A stretch of 64,000 nt of DNA from an uncultured Acidimicrobiaceae bacterium (GTDB lineage: Bacteria; Actinomycetota; Acidimicrobiia; Acidimicrobiales; Bog-793), in NCBI GenBank assembly GCA_963719125.1, contig CAVRAT010000015.1, forward strand, positions 154,683 to 218,682, in the 5' to 3' direction. Below, piece after piece: positions 40,514 through 50,228 of the stretch (position 1 is the stretch's first letter; every line of letters begins with the position of its first letter). A program made the position numbers and the translations under genes. Under the pieces are notes generated by a model. That model was not told the DNA's origin. It saw only the letters and a list, made by a program, of their open reading frames with translations, and made no database searches.

Positions 40514-40777
40514 GATCGCCTGACCTCCTCGGCTCGAATTGCGCTATCGACCAGTTCGATCGCGACAAAGGCAGGTCATCGCCGTCCGTCGAGAACGGGC
40601 CGACATCACCGTAGTTCATCTGTCAAATACCCAGGCCTACCTGGGGACGCCGACTCGACAGCCCTGAACAGAACGGTGGTGTCGGGGCGGAGACGGGCGT
40701 CCCCGGCGCCGCAATATGCGCCGGCGCCGTTCCCGACGCCTTCGGTGTGCTCGTCCGTGCCGTTCCCGGCGACCGTG

Positions 40778-40808
40778 GCCAGGTCGTGCACGACCTGGCA
40801 GGTATAGT
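40778..40808 (+). promoter_or_regulatory. perfect 22-bp palindrome GCCAGGTCGTGCACGACCTGGC followed 3 nt later by TATAGT
   Basis: The palindrome at 40778..40799 was verified base by base. The TATAGT box is at 40803..40808, about 85 nt upstream of rpoZ. Confidence 0.4.
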
Positions 40809-40893
40809 GAAGGAGTTCCGCCACGAGGGATGAACGCGTCCCTGGTGCGGCAGGTCGCCTCGCTGAGGCGGCACCCGATCGAGAAGGAGCCCA

Positions 40894-41217
40894 ATGGCTG
40901 AACCGCGCAGCACGATGATCGATCCCCCGATCGAGGTCCTGCTTGACAAGGTCGACTCGAAATTCACACTCGTGACCCTGGCGGCGAAGCGGGGTCGGCA
41001 GGTCAACTCCTATTTCAGCCAGCTCGGTGAAGGCCTCGGCGCCATCGTGCCGCCGCAGGTGGCCTCCATTGCCCGCAAGCCCCTGTCGATCGCGCTCGAG
41101 GAGATCGCCGCGGGCAAGGTCGTGGCCGTCTGGCCCGCGGACGAGCAAGCCGCGGTCGAGGACGAGGTGTCAGCCGACGAGACGAGCGGCGCTCCCGAGA
41201 ACGGGGAGGCGAGCTAG
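40894..41217 (+). CDS. rpoZ: DNA-directed RNA polymerase subunit omega
   Basis: MIDPPIEVLLDKVDSKFTLVTLAAKRGRQVNSY. GAAGGAG lies before the ATG. Confidence 0.9.
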   Translation: MAEPRSTMIDPPIEVLLDKVDSKFTLVTLAAKRGRQVNSYFSQLGEGLGAIVPPQVASIARKPLSIALEEIAAGKVVAVWPADEQAAVEDEVSADETSGAPENGEAS

Positions 41218-41246
41218 CCCACCGCGGAGCGGCAAAGGCTGCGGCT

Positions 41247-42623
41247 GTGAGCGACGCGGGGTCGGGACCGAATCGAGCTGGCGGGGCTGTCGGTTACGCC
41301 GGCGCCTCCCTCGCCGGCGCCACCGTGGTGCTCGGTGTGAGCGGTGGGATCGCCGCCTACAAGGCCGTCGAGCTCTGCCGTCGCCTCGTCGACGCGGGCT
41401 CCCACGTCGTGCCGGTGCTCACGGCGAACGCCACCCGCTTTGTCGGGGCGGCGACGTTCTCGGCACTCGCTTCTGAGCCCGCCCACCTGGAGCTGTTCGG
41501 CGACGACGTCCCGATCCCCCACACGGATCTCGGCCAGCGCGCCGACCTCGTTCTCGTCGCACCGGCGACGGCCCGCGTGATCGGGGCCTACGCCGCCGGG
41601 ATCTCTTCGGACCTGCTCCTGGCGACATTGCTGGCGACGCGAGCCCCCGTGCTGGTCTGTCCTGCGATGCACTCGGAGATGTGGGAGCACGCTGCGGTGC
41701 AGGAGAATCTGGCGACCCTGCGCCGGCGTGGCGTTCATGTCCTTGAGCCCGACAAAGGCCACCTGGCCGGCGGGGACGTGGGTGCGGGACGGCTTCCGGA
41801 GACGGACGTGATCGTCGCCGAGGCAGCAAGGATCCTCGCCGCGAGGCGGCGGGACACAGCTCGAGACGCCCTGCCGCTTTCCGGCCGGCGCGTGCTCGTG
41901 ACCGCAGGGGGCACGCGGGAGCCCATCGACCCGGTTCGCTTCCTCTCGAACCGCTCCTCGGGACGCCAGGGCCACGCTCTCGCGGAGGCCGCCCTCGCAC
42001 TCGGTGCTCAGGTCACCCTGGTGACGACCTCCGGCTTGCCCGTTGCGCCCGGAGTCGAAGTGATCGCGGTCGAGACCGCCGCCGAGATGGCCGACTCAGT
42101 GCTGAGGCATGCGCCAGCGGCGGACATGGTCGTCATGGCCGCGGCGGTCGCCGACTACCGCCCGGATGTCGTGGCGAGCACCAAGCTCCACAAAGCCGAC
42201 GGCGCGCCCGAGATCCGTCTCGTCCCGACGCTCGACATCCTTGCCGAGCTGGGCCGGCGCCGGCGTCCAGGCCAGGTGCTGGTCGGCTTCGCCGCTGAGA
42301 CGGACTCGCTGGCGGAGCGGGCGGCAGCGAAGCTGGAAGCCAAGGGAGCCGATCTCATGGTGGCCAACGACGTGGGAGCAGCCGGTGTCGGGTTCGCATC
42401 CGAGACCAACGCCGTGACGATCTTCCGCCGCGGGGACGCCCGCACGGATGTCCCGCTCCAGTCCAAGAGAGCCGTCGCCGAGGTGGTGCTTCGTGCCACG
42501 CTCGCGTTGCTCCCGGGGCCACCGCAGTGCCAGGGCGACTCGAGTGGAAAAGCTCCGGGCGTCGAGTCCCCGATGAGTGCGGCGTCGGCCCCGCACGATG
42601 GTGCAGGTCGCGATCGAGAATGA
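41247..42623 (+). CDS. coaBC: bifunctional phosphopantothenoylcysteine decarboxylase / phosphopantothenate-cysteine ligase
   Basis: The flavoprotein domain has GVSGGIAAYK and PAMHSEMW. A CoaB domain follows. Confidence 0.92.
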   Translation: MSDAGSGPNRAGGAVGYAGASLAGATVVLGVSGGIAAYKAVELCRRLVDAGSHVVPVLTANATRFVGAATFSALASEPAHLELFGDDVPIPHTDLGQRADLVLVAPATARVIGAYAAGISSDLLLATLLATRAPVLVCPAMHSEMWEHAAVQENLATLRRRGVHVLEPDKGHLAGGDVGAGRLPETDVIVAEAARILAARRRDTARDALPLSGRRVLVTAGGTREPIDPVRFLSNRSSGRQGHALAEAALALGAQVTLVTTSGLPVAPGVEVIAVETAAEMADSVLRHAPAADMVVMAAAVADYRPDVVASTKLHKADGAPEIRLVPTLDILAELGRRRRPGQVLVGFAAETDSLAERAAAKLEAKGADLMVANDVGAAGVGFASETNAVTIFRRGDARTDVPLQSKRAVAEVVLRATLALLPGPPQCQGDSSGKAPGVESPMSAASAPHDGAGRDRE

Positions 42624-42635
42624 GGAGCCTGTCTC

Positions 42636-43826
42636 TTGCGTAGCTTCCAATTCACCTCCGAGTCGGTCACCGAGGGACATCCCGACAAGATGGCCGACCA
42701 GATCTCCGACGCCATTCTCGACGCCATCCTCGAGGAGGATTCCCAGGGCCGCGTGGCTTGTGAGACCTTGCTCACGACGGGGCTCGTGGTCGTGGCGGGC
42801 GAGATCTCCACGAGTGCCTACGTCGACATCCCCCGCCTCGTCAGGCGGACCATATGTGAGATCGGTTACGACCGCGAGGAGCTCTGCTTCGACGGGAACT
42901 CCTGCGGCGTGCTGGTCTCGATAGACGAGCAGTCGCCCGACATCGACCGGGGAGTGTCGGCCGCGCTCGAGGTCCGCACTGGCACAGGCGGCGAGGATGT
43001 GCTCAACGCCCAGGGCGCGGGCGACCAGGGCATGGTGTTCGGGTACGCGTGCGACGAGACCCCCGATCTCATGCCGCTGCCGATATGGCTGGCACACCGG
43101 CTGGCGCGTCGCCTCGCCGAAGTCCGCAAGTCCTGGACTATCCCTTATCTGGGGCCGGACGGAAAGACCCAGGTGACGGTGCGCTACGAAGACGCCCGGC
43201 CCGTCGAGCTGAAGACGGTCCTCATCTCCACCCAGCACACAAAGGACGCCGACCTCGAGCGCCTGCCCGCCGACTTGGTTCAGCACGTAATCAACCCCCT
43301 GCTGCCGACGGGGATCGACACCTCCGGCTACAACCTGCTCGCGAACCCGACGGGACGTTTCGAGCTGGGTGGCCCGCGGGCGGACACCGGGCTCACCGGG
43401 CGCAAGATCATCGTCGACACCTACGGCGGCTGGGCGCGCCACGGTGGGGGAGCTTTCTCGGGCAAGGACCCTTCGAAGGTGGACCGCTCCGGTGCCTACG
43501 CGGCCCGATGGGTCGCAAAGCACCTGGTCGCGTCAGGCGCCGCCGCGCGCTGCGAGATCCAGGTCGCCTATGCGATCGGGGTTGCCCATCCGATCTCGGT
43601 GATGATCGACACCTTCGGTACCGAGACGGTGGCTCCCGATCACATCGCCAAGGCCGTCGACGAGCTCTTCGACCTCCGCCCGGCCGCGATCGTGCGGGAC
43701 CTCGACCTGCGCCGGCCCATCTACCGCCAAGTCGCTGCCTATGGCCACTTCGGGCGGCAGGCCGTCGAGGCCCCCTGGGAGGCGACACCGCGTCTCGAGG
43801 ACCTACGCGCCACCCTCGGCCTCTAA
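42636..43826 (+). CDS. metK: S-adenosylmethionine synthase
   Basis: [20 protein letters not shown] and [16 protein letters not shown] motifs. TTG start with GGAG 8 nt upstream. Confidence 0.95.
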   Translation: MRSFQFTSESVTEGHPDKMADQISDAILDAILEEDSQGRVACETLLTTGLVVVAGEISTSAYVDIPRLVRRTICEIGYDREELCFDGNSCGVLVSIDEQSPDIDRGVSAALEVRTGTGGEDVLNAQGAGDQGMVFGYACDETPDLMPLPIWLAHRLARRLAEVRKSWTIPYLGPDGKTQVTVRYEDARPVELKTVLISTQHTKDADLERLPADLVQHVINPLLPTGIDTSGYNLLANPTGRFELGGPRADTGLTGRKIIVDTYGGWARHGGGAFSGKDPSKVDRSGAYAARWVAKHLVASGAAARCEIQVAYAIGVAHPISVMIDTFGTETVAPDHIAKAVDELFDLRPAAIVRDLDLRRPIYRQVAAYGHFGRQAVEAPWEATPRLEDLRATLGL

Positions 43827-43920
43827 AGGGGCGCACCGGCCCGGCGCCGCGCCCCCGGCTGGCCCGCGCCCCCGGCCCGGCCCCGGCTGCCCCGGGCGCT
43901 GGACGACGCCCCGGTGAGCG

Positions 43921-45729
43921 ATGAACAGGATTGTCGAAGTCCTGCCCGACGTGAGCGGAATCGACCGCGCCTTCGCTTACGAGGTCCCCGAAGCCCTCGC
44001 CGGCAGGCTCACGGTCGGCTGCATCGTCCGCGTCGTCCTCCACGGGCGGCGGGTGAGGGGATGGGTGGTCGCCGAGGCGACCGACCCGCCCCCTCTCGTC
44101 GATCTCCGTCCGGTGGGCGAGCTCGTGTCGCTCGGGCCCGCACCGGCGGTTCTCGAGCTGAGCCGGTGGGCGGCATGGCGGTACTCGGGCCGCTTGCGGC
44201 CGTTGCTCGTCGCGGCCTCACCGCCACGCCTGGTACGGGCGTTGCCGCCCCGCGCCAACCAAGTAGGGGCCGGCGAGCAGGCGGGTGGCGCCACCGTCGC
44301 GGGCGAGACAGCCGCGGCCGCCGTCCAGGCACTTTCGTCCGGTTCCGCCGTCTTGCGGCTGCCGCCGGCGGCGCCGAGGCTCGCGGCCGTGGAGGCCGTC
44401 ATTGCCGCCACGGCCGGCAGGGAGGGCGACGTGCTGGTGCTCGCCGCTTCGAGGTCGGACGCGGTGACCCTCGGGAACCGCCTCGAGCGGTCCGGCCACG
44501 CGGTGGCACTTCAACCCGAGGCTTGGGCGGAGGCGGCGTCAGGTGGGCGGGTCGTCGTCGGCGCCCGTTCCGCGGTGCTCGCGCCCGTGGCGGGACTGCG
44601 TGCCGTGATCGTCCTCGACGCTCACGCGGACTCCTACCAGGAAGAACGCGTCCCCACCTGGCAAGCCACAGTGCTCGCGGACGAGCGCGCGCAACGCGCG
44701 GGCGCCCCATGCCTGTTCGTGAGCCCATGCCCGACGCTCGCCCTGCTCGACGGTCGGCCCCTCGTCACCTTGTCGCGTGACGCCGAACGCGCCGGATGGG
44801 CGCCGGTCGAGCTGGTAGACGCCCGTGACGAGGATCCGCGTGCAGGCGGGTACCCGACCCGGTTGGCGACGCTGATCCGAGATGCGGCCGGCCAGGAGCC
44901 GGACAGGCCCGTCCTGGCGGTGCTCAACCGGACCGGACGCGCCCGCCTTCTGGCCTGTGGCCGCTGCCGGAGCCTGTTGCGCTGCGAGTCCTGTGGCACG
45001 GCCCTCGTCCAGATCGAACGACCTGCCCAGGGCGAGCCGACGGTGCTGCAATGCCCAAGGTGCGCCTCCTCGGTCCGGGCTCAGTGCGCCTCGTGTGGGC
45101 CGACCCGGCCGAGGATCGTTCGTCCCGGCGTCGCTCGCGTCCGCGAGGACCTCGCCGCCCTCACGAATCTCGATGTGGCGGAGGTCGGCCGCGCCGGCCC
45201 CGGGCCCGGCGAAGGCCTCCCTTTCGCGCCCGTGCTGGTCGGTACCGAGGCGGTGCTGCACCGGGTCCCATCGGCATCGCTCGTCGTGTTCCTGGACTTC
45301 GACCACGAGCTGTTGGCGCCCCGCTACCGCTCGGCCGAGCAAGCACTGGCTCTCTTGGCTCTGGCGTCCCGGGTCGTGGGCGGGCGGCGCAGGCAGGGGC
45401 GGGTAGTCGTGAGGACGCGGCTCACCGACCACGAGGTCCTGGTCGCAGCCCTGCACGCCGATCCCGGCCGGCTGGCGGCTTTCGAGCGGCCCCGCCGCAC
45501 GCTGCTCAGGCTTCCCCCTGACAGCGCACTGGCGCTCGTCAGCGGGGACGGGGCCGACGAGCTCGTGGCGCGCCTTAAGGGCTCGGAACCCGCCGTCGAG
45601 GTGGGGAGCTCGGGCGCGGGGCGCTTCCTCGTCCGGGCGGCGGGACCCGACGCCCTCGCCGACGCGCTCGCGTCGGCCGGCCCGCCCGCGCCGGGGACGC
45701 GCATCGAGGTCGACCCGCGCCAGGTGTGA
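43921..45729 (+). CDS. priA: primosomal protein N' (PriA) homolog with degenerate helicase motifs
   Basis: The N-terminal 3'-DNA-binding-domain-like region is present, as is the Cys-rich zinc module CGRCRSLLRCESCG...CPRCAS...CASCG. No GxGKT Walker A and no DExH box are present. Confidence 0.85.
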   Translation: MNRIVEVLPDVSGIDRAFAYEVPEALAGRLTVGCIVRVVLHGRRVRGWVVAEATDPPPLVDLRPVGELVSLGPAPAVLELSRWAAWRYSGRLRPLLVAASPPRLVRALPPRANQVGAGEQAGGATVAGETAAAAVQALSSGSAVLRLPPAAPRLAAVEAVIAATAGREGDVLVLAASRSDAVTLGNRLERSGHAVALQPEAWAEAASGGRVVVGARSAVLAPVAGLRAVIVLDAHADSYQEERVPTWQATVLADERAQRAGAPCLFVSPCPTLALLDGRPLVTLSRDAERAGWAPVELVDARDEDPRAGGYPTRLATLIRDAAGQEPDRPVLAVLNRTGRARLLACGRCRSLLRCESCGTALVQIERPAQGEPTVLQCPRCASSVRAQCASCGPTRPRIVRPGVARVREDLAALTNLDVAEVGRAGPGPGEGLPFAPVLVGTEAVLHRVPSASLVVFLDFDHELLAPRYRSAEQALALLALASRVVGGRRRQGRVVVRTRLTDHEVLVAALHADPGRLAAFERPRRTLLRLPPDSALALVSGDGADELVARLKGSEPAVEVGSSGAGRFLVRAAGPDALADALASAGPPAPGTRIEVDPRQV

Positions 45730-45893
45730 GCCCGCCGCGGTGGTGTCGCGGGGCGAACGACCTGCTATCGTGATCGGTGCCGGCCCAGGTCGGTGCGGCA
45801 CGGCGCGTGCGCCGGGCCGGGATTGTTTACCCTTCCTTTTCTCGCCGGGTCGGCGTGGCCGGCCGGTACAGCAAGAAAGCACGCCACTCACGC

Positions 45894-46151
45894 ATGCCCG
45901 ACAAGACGGCCACGATCACCGAGCACCGGCTTCACGAGACCGACACCGGTTCCCCAGAAGTGCAGGTGGCACTCCTCACCGGACGCATCAACCACCTTAC
46001 CGAGCACCTCAAGATCCACCGGGGGGACCACCACACCCGGCGAGGACTGATGAAGCTCATCGGTCGCCGGCGCCGCCTGCTCGACTACGTGAAGGACAAC
46101 GACGTCGAGCGATACCGGTCGCTGATCTCCCGGCTCGGGATCCGGCGCTAG
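45894..46151 (+). CDS. rpsO: 30S ribosomal protein S15
   Basis: [48 protein letters not shown]. Confidence 0.93.
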   Translation: MPDKTATITEHRLHETDTGSPEVQVALLTGRINHLTEHLKIHRGDHHTRRGLMKLIGRRRRLLDYVKDNDVERYRSLISRLGIRR

Positions 46152-46369
46152 GAAGCCAGGAACCCCCCGGGACGGCAAAGCCGTACCGGGTCAACATAGG
46201 GCGGCAGTCGGGGTCATCTTCACCGGCGTGAGCCGCCCGTACGAGACAAGCGGCGCTGCAAGGTGCCAGCTGCCAGTCGCCGATTACCGGGTCCGGTTCC
46301 AAAGGACGGCTCCGGTGCACGCCGACTGGGAACTGGCCGGCGTGGCGCCCCAAATCACATAGGAGTGTC
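46152..46369 (+). promoter_or_regulatory. rpsO-pnp intergenic leader with stem-loops (candidate autoregulatory pnp leader)
   Basis: A 218-nt gap. It has a hairpin at 46166..46190 (9 bp with one mismatch, loop CAAAG) and a GGGCGGC/GCCGCCC pairing at 46199..46238. Its position corresponds to known pnp leaders. Confidence 0.35.
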
Positions 46370-48865
46370 ATGGCTGATGCCATCACCGTGTCGGCCCCCA
46401 TCAGTGGGACCGACAGGACGCTGTCCTTCCAGACCGGCAAGCTCGCCGGCCAGGCGGACGGTGCCGTTGTCGCCCGGATCGGCGACACCGTCGTGCTCGC
46501 CACCGCGGTGGCCGCCCGCAAGGTGCGTGAGGGAACCGACTTCTTTCCCCTCACCGTCGACATCGAAGAGAGGATGTACGCCGCCGGCAAGATACCGGGG
46601 TCCTTCTTCCGACGGGAGGGCAGGGCGACCGACCAGGCGATCCTGACATGCCGCCTGATCGACCGGCCCCTGCGGCCCTCGTTCCCGGAGGGCTTCCGCA
46701 ACGAGGTCCACATCGTCGGGACGATCCTCGGCGCCGACCTGTTGAACCCGCACGACGTGCTGGCGATCAACGCCGCGTCGGCGGCCCTCATGATCTCGGG
46801 CATTCCCTTCGAGGGGCCGATCGGGGCTGTCCGCATCGCCTACTCGACAGACGGGGCGTGGCTCCCGCACCCCACCTACCAGGAGGGTGATGCCTCCACG
46901 TTCGAGCTCGTCGTGGCCGGGCGGGCCTTGAGCGAGGACAAAGACGCCGACGTGGCGATCGTGATGGTGGAGGCCGGTGGCACCGAGAAGGCGTTCGAGT
47001 ACCTCGCGGAGGGTGCGCCCCCTGTGACCGAGGACGTCATCGCGAGCGGTCTCGAAGTCGCCAAGACCTGGATCCGCGAGTCCATCGAGCTCCAGCGAGA
47101 GCTCGTGCGCACGGCGGGGTCGAAGGACACGATCGAGTTCGAGCTGTTCGTCGACTACGGGGAGGACGTCTACGAGCGGGTCACCGCGGCCGGAGCCGAT
47201 CGCCTCGAGAAGGCGAACGCGATCACGACCAAGACCGAGCGCAACTCGGCCCTCGACGAGGCGACCGACGCCGTCGTCGCCGAGCTCCTCGGTGAGTTCC
47301 CGGACCGTGAGCGGGAGATCCGTTCGGCGGCGCGCGCCTACACCAAGAAGATCGTCCGCAAGCGGATCGTCTCCGAGGGCGTGCGCATCGACGGCCGCGG
47401 CCCGACCGACATAAGGCCGCTTGCCGCCGAGGTCGGGCTACTGCCGACCGCGCACGGCTCGGCGCTGTTCGAGCGCGGCGACACCCAGGTGCTCAACGTC
47501 TGCACCCTCGGCATGCCCCGGATGAACCAGCTGTTGGACACCATCGGCATCGACGAGTCCAAGCGGTACATGCACCACTACAACTTCCCGCCGTTCTCGA
47601 CGGGGGAGACCGGCTTCATGCGCGGGCCAAAGCGCCGCGAGATCGGCCACGGGCTGCTCGCCGAGCGCGCCCTTCTGCCCGTCATCCCACCGGAGAGCGA
47701 ATTCCCCTATGTGCTGCGTCTCGTCTCGGACGTGCTCTCCTCCAACGGGTCGACGTCGATGGCGTCGGTATGTGGGTCCACGCTGTCGCTCATGGACGCC
47801 GGAGTGCCAATAAAAGCGCCGGTCGCAGGCATCGCCATGGGGCTCGTCTTCGCAGAGGGCAAGTACACGACCCTGACCGACATCCTCGGGGCCGAGGACG
47901 CTTTCGGCGACATGGACTTCAAGGTTGCCGGAACCGCCGACGTGGTGACGGCTCTGCAGCTCGACACCAAGATCGCCGGCCTGCCTGCCGACGTGCTGGC
48001 GCAGGCGCTGAGCCAGGCACGTGAGGCGAGGCTCAAGGTGCTCGAGGTCATGCTGGCGGCGATCTCGGCTCCTCGGGCAGAGGTCGGCGAGAACGCCCCG
48101 AAGATAGTGAGCTTCGAGGTCCCGGTCGACAAGATCGGCGAGATCATCGGGCCGAAGGGCAAGGTCATCAACGCCATCCAGCAGGAGACCGGCGCGGACG
48201 TGAACATCGACGACGATGGCACGGTCGGCACGGTCACCATCGGTGCCAAGCAGCGCTCGGTCGTCGACGAAGCCCGCCGCCGCATCGAGCTCATCTTGGA
48301 CCCGCCGACGCCTGAGGTGGGAGCCGTCTACAGCGGCAGGGTGGTCAACATCACCAAGTTCGGGGCATTCGTCAACATCCTCCCGGGCCGCGACGGCCTG
48401 GTCCACATATCGAGGCTCGGCCAGGGCAAGAGGGTCGAGCGGGTGGAGGATGTCGTCACTCTCGGGCAGGAGGTCGAAGTCCGCGTCGACGAGATCGACC
48501 CGCAGGGCAAGGTCTCGCTGTCGCTGGCGGGCGAGCCCGCACCCGCAGACGGCGGGGAAGCGCCCGGCGAAGGCCGCCCGGGGTCAGGCAACGGCGGTGG
48601 CAGGCGTCAGGGCGGTCGCGGCGGAGCTGAAACCGCTTCGAGCGGCGACGAGACCGCAAGCCCGCGGCGCCGTCCCTCGTTCGAGGACGCCTTCGAGAGC
48701 CAGCTCCAGTCCACCTTCGGAGATCTCGGTCCCGCCGATCTGGCCCAGGGGCCACCGGCCGGCGGCGCACGGCGCTCATCTGAAGCCGGGGGCGGCGGGG
48801 CACGGCGCGGTTCCGGTGGCGGATCGGGCGCAGCCCGGCGTCGCCCGAGGAGCGGCGGGCGCTGA
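46370..48865 (+). CDS. pnp: polyribonucleotide nucleotidyltransferase (PNPase) with a long Arg/Gly-rich C-terminal tail
   Basis: Two RNase PH domains, a KH domain and an S1 domain (GRVVNITKFGAFVNILPGRDGLVHIS). At 831 aa it has about 110 extra C-terminal residues. Confidence 0.95.
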   Translation: MADAITVSAPISGTDRTLSFQTGKLAGQADGAVVARIGDTVVLATAVAARKVREGTDFFPLTVDIEERMYAAGKIPGSFFRREGRATDQAILTCRLIDRPLRPSFPEGFRNEVHIVGTILGADLLNPHDVLAINAASAALMISGIPFEGPIGAVRIAYSTDGAWLPHPTYQEGDASTFELVVAGRALSEDKDADVAIVMVEAGGTEKAFEYLAEGAPPVTEDVIASGLEVAKTWIRESIELQRELVRTAGSKDTIEFELFVDYGEDVYERVTAAGADRLEKANAITTKTERNSALDEATDAVVAELLGEFPDREREIRSAARAYTKKIVRKRIVSEGVRIDGRGPTDIRPLAAEVGLLPTAHGSALFERGDTQVLNVCTLGMPRMNQLLDTIGIDESKRYMHHYNFPPFSTGETGFMRGPKRREIGHGLLAERALLPVIPPESEFPYVLRLVSDVLSSNGSTSMASVCGSTLSLMDAGVPIKAPVAGIAMGLVFAEGKYTTLTDILGAEDAFGDMDFKVAGTADVVTALQLDTKIAGLPADVLAQALSQAREARLKVLEVMLAAISAPRAEVGENAPKIVSFEVPVDKIGEIIGPKGKVINAIQQETGADVNIDDDGTVGTVTIGAKQRSVVDEARRRIELILDPPTPEVGAVYSGRVVNITKFGAFVNILPGRDGLVHISRLGQGKRVERVEDVVTLGQEVEVRVDEIDPQGKVSLSLAGEPAPADGGEAPGEGRPGSGNGGGRRQGGRGGAETASSGDETASPRRRPSFEDAFESQLQSTFGDLGPADLAQGPPAGGARRSSEAGGGGARRGSGGGSGAARRRPRSGGR

Positions 48866-48907
48866 GCTGAGCCTCGTGGGCATCTTCACACGGCGGGCCT
48901 TACGCCC

Positions 48908-50143
48908 TTGATCAGGACCACCACGCTCGAAAACGGCATCCGGTTCGTGAGCGAGTCGATGCCTGACGTCGCCTCGCTCAGTGTCGGCGTCTGGGTCGGG
49001 ACCGGCTCGCGCGACGAGACGCCGGAGCAGGCGGGGATCTCGCACTTCCTCGAGCACCTCCTTTTCAAGGGGACTCCCGAACGCACCGCGCGCGAGATCG
49101 CCGAGGAGGTCGACGCCGTGGGCGGCGACATGAACGCCTACACGACCAAGGAGTACACGACCTTCTACGTACGGGTGCTGGCCGAGCATGTCGCGCTCGG
49201 CCTGGACATACTCTGCGACATCCTCTGCCGCCCGGCGCTTCGGCCCGACGAGGTGGACGCTGAGCGCCAGGTGATCCTGGAAGAGGTTCTCATGCACCGC
49301 GACGAGCCGAGTGACGTCGTTCAGGAGCACTTCGCCAACGCGATGTTCCCGAACCACCCTCTGGGGCGCGAGGTCCTCGGCGAGCCGGAAGTGATCCGCA
49401 ACGTGACGGTTCCGGCGATCCGGTCGTTCTTCGACGAGCACTACCTGCCCGGCAACATGGTGATCGCCGCCGCGGGCGACCTCGACCACGAGCGCCTGGC
49501 GCTCGGCATCGAGGCCCGCTTCGCCGCCCGGCGCGGCGGGCGCCCCCCCGTGCGCCGGCCGCCTTCGGACGATGCCGTCGCGCTCGTCGTCGAGTCGCGC
49601 GAGACCGAGCAGGCGCAGCTCGTCCTCGGCTTCCGGGCGCCGGACAGGCATTCGGGCGACCGTTTCACGCTCGCCGTGCTCAACCACATTCTCGGCGGGG
49701 GGCTTTCCAGCCGGCTCTTCCAAGAGATCCGGGAAGCCCGTGGCCTCGCGTACTCGATCGGGTCCGACCGCAGCGCCTACGACGACGCCGGGACGCTCGC
49801 GATCTCGGTCGGAACCTCGCCCGAACGCGCCCACGAGGTGCTCGACCTGCTCCACAGCGAGGTTGACCGTCTCGGTGCTCTGGGGATCACGCCTCGGGAG
49901 CTCGAGGTGGCGAAGGGGCACCTGCGCGCCGACATGCTCCTTTCGCTCGAGGACTCCGGGTCTCGCATGGCGAGGATCGGCTCCGCCCTGTTGCTGTTCG
50001 GCTCCGTACTCACCACAGAGGAGTTGCTCGGGCGCATCGCGGCGGTGACCGCGGACGAGGTCCGAGCCGTTGCCGAAAGGGTGCTGGCGGGCCCTCGGTC
50101 GCTCGCGGTCGTAGGGCCGTTCTCGGAGTCGGACTTCTCCTGA
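48908..50143 (+). CDS. M16 family zinc peptidase (pitrilysin-like)
   Basis: HxxEH motif in ISHFLEHLLFKGT. TTG start. Confidence 0.88.
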   Translation: MIRTTTLENGIRFVSESMPDVASLSVGVWVGTGSRDETPEQAGISHFLEHLLFKGTPERTAREIAEEVDAVGGDMNAYTTKEYTTFYVRVLAEHVALGLDILCDILCRPALRPDEVDAERQVILEEVLMHRDEPSDVVQEHFANAMFPNHPLGREVLGEPEVIRNVTVPAIRSFFDEHYLPGNMVIAAAGDLDHERLALGIEARFAARRGGRPPVRRPPSDDAVALVVESRETEQAQLVLGFRAPDRHSGDRFTLAVLNHILGGGLSSRLFQEIREARGLAYSIGSDRSAYDDAGTLAISVGTSPERAHEVLDLLHSEVDRLGALGITPRELEVAKGHLRADMLLSLEDSGSRMARIGSALLLFGSVLTTEELLGRIAAVTADEVRAVAERVLAGPRSLAVVGPFSESDFS

Positions 50144-50228
50144 GCTGACCGCGGCCCGGGCCACCGCGGCCCACGCGCGTCCCATCTGACCGGGACCGTT
50201 GTGAGCTCCCGGCAACGGGTACGGTGAT

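Noticed and set aside
40830-40901. A 23-codon upstream ORF (MNASLVRQVASLRRHPIEKEPNG) whose stop overlaps the rpoZ ATG.
   Set aside because: It has no properly spaced Shine-Dalgarno sequence (GGAG is 14 nt away) and its composition resembles surrounding non-coding DNA. It is probably fortuitous.
43847-43876. 13-nt direct repeat CCGCGCCCCCGGC occurring twice, with starts 17 nt apart, in the metK-priA gap.
   Set aside because: It is short, low-complexity, GC-rich sequence with only two copies and no associated structure or spacer regularity. It is not CRISPR-like.
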